Assembly (NCBI GenBank): GCA_963665325.3
Contig: OZ224045.1
Location: 128,001 to 192,000, forward strand
Length of the DNA stretch: 64,000 bases
Reading direction: 5' to 3'
From: Alphaproteobacteria bacterium
GTDB lineage: Bacteria; Pseudomonadota; Alphaproteobacteria; Bin95
Each line of letters begins with the position of its first letter. Position 1 is the stretch's first letter. The translations under genes and the position numbers were made by a program. The notes under the pieces were generated by a model, which was given only the letters and a program-made list of their open reading frames with translations, ran no database searches and was not told where the DNA came from. Shown here in pieces: positions 60,801-64,000 of the stretch.

Positions 60801-61588
60801 GTGTGCTGCTCGCGACCCACGCGGTAGCATTGTTCCGGGTAGATCCAGAATGGACGACCGCGCATCTCCTGCCCTTCTTCTCGTGGGACAAGGATGAGGC
60901 GGAAGCGGCGGCGGCATGGGAGGGGTTCCTGTGGGAGCCCCGGTTCCACCCCCCGCTGATGAAGGCTCTCGAGCATGACTTTTTCGCCGCCGCGGGACGC
61001 TTCGGCCGGCTGGGGAAACATGGCGGCCAGTATGTGCGCCTGCTGACCTTCGGTGCGCTTGAGCCGGTGGATGTCTTTTGCCCCGCAAAATACGCAACGG
61101 CCATGACGGCGTTGCCGCCGGAAGGACACGGCCATGCCGCCGATGCCCTGTTCCGGGCCGTCGACAGCGCCGGAGACCGCCGGGAGGAATACTGGAGAAA
61201 CAGGGCTGTTCCCTGGCTGAAGAATATCTGGCCACAGAGAACCAACGATTCGGAGGAGACCTCGAACGCCTTGGGACAGGCCTGCATCGCCGCGGGCGAC
61301 GCCTTCCCCGACGCTCTGGCGCAGGTGAAGCCGTGGCTGCTGAAACTGCAATACCCAGATGGAATCGTCACGCATGCGCTTCACGAAGCGGGAATGGGCT
61401 GCCGATTCCCCTGCGCGGCGCTCGAACTCTTGGACAAAGTAGTCGACGACGAGGCGGTGCTCTATTCCCGCAAGATACGGGACGTCCTGCTGACCGTGCG
61501 TGCCGCCGCCCCTGCGTTCGCCTATGATCGCCGCTTCCGAAGGTTGGCAGACATTGTGCGAAAGAGTGGCCAGAGTATGGACGACTGA
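57890..61588 (+). CDS. dsr1: Defence-associated sirtuin, Dsr1-like (SIR2 NADase plus long C-terminal region)
   Basis: MQFVRSGPDVPERLLQAHEDERVVFFCGAGIS, LVTTNFD, LVYLHG, SSGDFGLAYL, FVGYSIEDP; 1232 aa. Confidence 0.85.
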   Translation: MQFVRSGPDVPERLLQAHEDERVVFFCGAGISRPAGLPDFKGLVEQLYKPEQMEPDVNAVLDDAIKANQYDKAVHLLDEHRADGRATVRQEMARILLKPDCPDDAVRTHRALLSLGRSRDGRTRLVTTNFDRLFERAISLDGLSTKRFEAPALPVPKQRWDGLVYLHGLLPDGPGDSELEDIVVSSGDFGLAYLDEGWAARFVSALFREFTVCFVGYSIEDPVLRYLVDALAADRLRGEDPSEVFAFGDYCEKEDAARAGREWRAKNVTPILYRDREEHAALHDTLREWADIYRDGMRGKERIVEREARGNPAAVTNDDNFVGRIRWALSEPGSLPAKRFAEMDPPPPLDWLDHLEDMVFLAGPGAPEDSQDRVKGHLTHWLTRHLNDHKLLLRLASPGGKPHWLMAEMIARRLQESPDAVPDPLMRKLWGLVIAGRVKGNPSSGLVLIHDWGKRFAREGLTTALRLELREILAPCVSLSAARHNRKSLSALLAAPDGEGTAAPEPDDAEGGIPEGLQHLLEPTRDFVLATGSVHGPLRRLAESENWRAALPALLDDFTGLLRDALDLMRDIGIADDRRDLSVSTRPSISEHPQNRDFYDWTALIELNRDAWLAAAECSPEHALAAAEGWMRIPYPVFRRLAFFAAARQPGPVAPASGLDWLLRNDGRCLWDRNVKREVCRLIVALSPALCAAGMDRLEQAVLAGPPRRMYPPDLEEEDWTRRRQHDIGVRLVRMDRDALSAGAQGILDDLSATHPDLEDEREEFCSWHFEGPVRVDKPILTPTAEGALVDWLRDNPGDSDPWAEETDDWRWRCRVDFDTAAAALKTLAGEETWHPARWGTALGAWSDKELLTRSWEDMGPVLKRMPQERLQEIPDAVSPWLLMLAPDFDNHEDTFLFLCERLLALEYKDESAGDDPVDDAINHSVGKTTEALLRWWYRGDLKNGQGLEARLRSIFVKLCEREKRHLRHGRVLLATHAVALFRVDPEWTTAHLLPFFSWDKDEAEAAAAWEGFLWEPRFHPPLMKALEHDFFAAAGRFGRLGKHGGQYVRLLTFGALEPVDVFCPAKYATAMTALPPEGHGHAADALFRAVDSAGDRREEYWRNRAVPWLKNIWPQRTNDSEETSNALGQACIAAGDAFPDALAQVKPWLLKLQYPDGIVTHALHEAGMGCRFPCAALELLDKVVDDEAVLYSRKIRDVLLTVRAAAPAFAYDRRFRRLADIVRKSGQSMDD

Positions 61589-61736
61589 AAATATCTCTGC
61601 GCAACGGATTGGGGCTGCCGCTAGGCATGACTAAAGTGGCACAAGACATCAAGCAAAGTCACGGCGAATAAGTGCAACATGTCAATGGGTTGCAAATCAA
61701 GTTCGTGATAGGTTCCCACAAACAACGGATCGGCTA

Positions 61737-61826
61737 TGGCGGATGGGGTGGGATTCGAACCCACGGTGGGTTTGCACCCACGCCGGTTTTCAAGACCGGT
61801 GCATTCAACCGCTCTGCCACCCATCC
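61737..61826 (-). tRNA. tRNA-Ser (anticodon TGA), CCA encoded
   Basis: GGATGGG acceptor pairs with CCCATCC-G-CCA; anticodon arm CCGGT-CT-TGA-AA-ACCGG; long variable arm; GGTTCGAATCC T-loop; 90 nt. Confidence 0.97.
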
Positions 61827-61927
61827 GGAAGGTCGGGCCGGGCGCGCGCCGGCCCCGTGCAGCCGCCGCGCCATCCTGCTAGGGTGCCGGCCTCGGAACA
61901 AGTCGGATCACGAAAGGCGCGTCTTCC

Positions 61928-63013
61928 ATGAAGGTCGGCATTCTCTTCACCTCGCACCCGGACCCGAAGTCCGAGCCCTATCCGCATCAGGCCATTCACG
62001 AGCGGACCACGCGCGAAATTCTCGAAGCCGAGGAGCTGGGCTTCGACAGCGTGTGGATCGCCGAGCACCATTTCTCGAACAAGTACGGCATCCTGCCGGA
62101 CCCGTTCAGCTATCTCTCCTATCTGGCTGCGAAGACTACGAGAATCCAGTTGGGCGCAGCCGTCATGGTCGTTCCGCTGCACCATCCCATGCGCATCGTC
62201 GAGAATGCGGCCTTCGTCGATATCCTGAGCAACGGCCGCTTCCAGCTCGGCCTCGGCTCCGGCTACCGCCCCTACGAGTTCGAGGGCCTTGGCATCAGCT
62301 ACGAGGAACGGCGCGAAATCCAGGCCGAGGCGATCCCGCTGATCCTGGACGGCTTCCACAAGAAGCGGGTGAATGCCGACGGCAAGTATTTCCAGATCGA
62401 GATGGACGACACTTACGAGATCTTCCCGCAGCCGGTGCAGCAGCCGCACCCGCCCTTCTACATGGGGGCCGGCACGGACGGCTCGATCCGCATGGCGGCG
62501 CGGAATGGCTTCGGCCTCATGCAGTCCTCGCTGCCCTCGGCCGCCACGATCGGCGAGCATATCGCGGTCTATCGCGAGCACATGGCGGAAGCGCCGGCCC
62601 CGCTCAATGCCAACCCGGCATTCGGCGAGGTGGACGTGGTGCGCATGACCTATGTCGCGCCGACGGACGCAAAGGCGCGCGAGCAGAGCGAGGCCGGCAT
62701 CACCCACCACATGAAGACCTTCCTCAGCGGCGCGGTCGGGCGGTATCTCGGCGACGTGACCGAAAAGGCCGACGAGAGCCAGTTCGCCTATGAGCATCTG
62801 GTGAAGGACACCATCCTGCACGGCTCGCCGGACACCGTGCTGCGCAAGATCGAGGCGTTTCGTGACGTCGGCACGACCTCGCTGATGATCCACTATCCGC
62901 CCTATTACGGCGTGGAGCAGACGCTCGACATGTTGCGGCTGTTTGCCGCCGAGGTGTTGCCGGAACTGAAGCGGATGGAAACGGGGACCGCGCCGCTGCG
63001 CGCCGCCGAGTAG
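61928..63013 (+). CDS. LLM-class (luciferase-like) flavin-dependent oxidoreductase
   Basis: AEELGFDSVWIAEHHF, HPMRIVE, DILSNGR..LGLGSGY, PQPVQQPHPP. Confidence 0.93.
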   Translation: MKVGILFTSHPDPKSEPYPHQAIHERTTREILEAEELGFDSVWIAEHHFSNKYGILPDPFSYLSYLAAKTTRIQLGAAVMVVPLHHPMRIVENAAFVDILSNGRFQLGLGSGYRPYEFEGLGISYEERREIQAEAIPLILDGFHKKRVNADGKYFQIEMDDTYEIFPQPVQQPHPPFYMGAGTDGSIRMAARNGFGLMQSSLPSAATIGEHIAVYREHMAEAPAPLNANPAFGEVDVVRMTYVAPTDAKAREQSEAGITHHMKTFLSGAVGRYLGDVTEKADESQFAYEHLVKDTILHGSPDTVLRKIEAFRDVGTTSLMIHYPPYYGVEQTLDMLRLFAAEVLPELKRMETGTAPLRAAE

Positions 63014-63020
63014 ACCGCCG

Positions 63021-64000
63021 GTGGCCTGGGGGGAGATCACCGAAGAGCGGCTGGCGGAAGCGTCCGCGCTGATCGGCCAGCCCTTGCGCCGGTCCCGGTT
63101 GCAATGGATCGAGACGGCGACGCGCGACGCCATCCGCCATTTCGCCTGGGGCGTGGGCGACAACAACCCGCTCTGGCTGGACGAGGATTACGCCGCAAGG
63201 TCGCCTGCCGGCGGCATCGTCGCGCCGCCCTGCATCCTCTATGCCGTGGACATGACCATCGTTGCGCCCAAGCTCTCCGGCGTGCAGTGGATCTATGCGG
63301 GGACCGAATTCACCTGGTTCGACCGCATCCGCCTCGACACCCGCTTCGAAGTCGAGGCGCGCCTTGTGCGGCAGGAGACAAAGTCGGGCCGGCGCTTCGC
63401 CAGGTGGGTGCTGCAGACCGGCGAGGTGGAGTATCGCGACAGCAGCAACGGCCAGGTTGTCGCAAAGGCGGTCGGGCAGGTCGCCCGCACACCGCGCGGC
63501 GAGCAGTTGAAGGCGGAGCGGGACGGCGAGGTGACGAGCGCAGCCGCCCACCGCTACACGCCGGAGGAACTCGACGAGATCGAACGCGAAGTGCTCGCTG
63601 AAAACCGCCGGGGGACCGAGCCGCTGTTCTGGGAGGATGTTTCGGTCGGCGACTCGGTGCCTCCGGCCGTGAAGGGGCCGCTTACAATCACCGATATCGT
63701 GGCGTGGTATTCGGCGACGCAGGGCGCAATGCCCTATGGCGGGGCGCATGGCGATGCGGTGCGCTACCGCCGACGCCATGACGACTACCACATCAACCCG
63801 GAGACCGGCGCCAAGGACGCCGCCGGCCGCGGTCATCTCGAAGCCGCCACCGGCCGCGATGTCGGCATGGGCGGCGCTTACGATGTCGGGCCGCAGCGTA
63901 TCGCTTGGGCACAGCACATGCTGACCGACTGGATCGGCGACCACGGCTTCCTGCACCGGCTGAGCGTCTCCGTGCGCCGCCCCAACCTCGTGGGCGATAC
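63021..64000 (+). CDS. MaoC/hot-dog-fold dehydratase (double domain), runs off the window end
   Basis: GTG at 63021 gives MAWGEITEERL...TRDAIRHFAWGVGDNNPLWLDEDYA...IVAPP; absent from the ORF track, consistent with no stop in the window. Confidence 0.8.
   Translation, partial: MAWGEITEERLAEASALIGQPLRRSRLQWIETATRDAIRHFAWGVGDNNPLWLDEDYAARSPAGGIVAPPCILYAVDMTIVAPKLSGVQWIYAGTEFTWFDRIRLDTRFEVEARLVRQETKSGRRFARWVLQTGEVEYRDSSNGQVVAKAVGQVARTPRGEQLKAERDGEVTSAAAHRYTPEELDEIEREVLAENRRGTEPLFWEDVSVGDSVPPAVKGPLTITDIVAWYSATQGAMPYGGAHGDAVRYRRRHDDYHINPETGAKDAAGRGHLEAATGRDVGMGGAYDVGPQRIAWAQHMLTDWIGDHGFLHRLSVSVRRPNLVGD

Larger units (their letters stand above)
57104..61737. mobile_element. Element B: 4.6-kb non-autonomous element carrying a Dsr1-like gene, abutting tRNA-Ser
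   Basis: AAAGCCGATCCGCTTTTTGTGGGA (57104-57127) vs reverse complement of 61714-61737 ATAGCCGATCCGTTGTTTGTGGGA, 21/24 match; GGCGGATGG on both sides. Confidence 0.82.

Overview
GC-rich alphaproteobacterial chromosome segment (taxon inferred from gene order and a GTTC-N7-GTTC LexA box). 1-8 kb and 15-35 kb are conserved housekeeping blocks: nuoN-birA-coaX-rnj-mce-DUF1467-tag-proS-lolC/E-lolD; cinA-pgpA-ispDF; ntrBC-ntrYX-trkA-dat-HAD-hfq-hflX; recG-sdhE-mfd. 8-15 kb is a small accessory patch with a TauD-family dioxygenase, a crotonase, an SOS-box promoter ahead of a solo IS630-type HTH gene, a carboxyltransferase and a REP-flanked GIY-YIG gene. The main result is at about 35-61.8 kb: a defence island built as a tandem stack of inverted-repeat-bounded elements at the 3' end of tRNA-Ser(TGA), with no recognisable tyrosine or serine integrase. 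The 9-mer GGCGGATGG (complement of the tRNA 3' end) recurs at each junction (38210, 57095, 61738). Element A (38219-57094) has perfect 24-bp TIRs and two inward-facing paralogous Zn-finger/DDE-like transposase genes, one of them frameshifted. Its cargo is an ankyrin protein, an Avs-like nuclease-STAND NTPase, a PLD-helicase plus N6-MTase pair and an AlwI-like nuclease. Element B (57104-61737) has related TIRs, no transposase, and carries a Dsr1-like sirtuin. A third orphan end lies at 38188-38209. This looks like a tRNA-targeting DDE-type transposon family that shuttles anti-phage genes, and I do not recognise it as a described system. All protein calls come from motif reading, not database searches.
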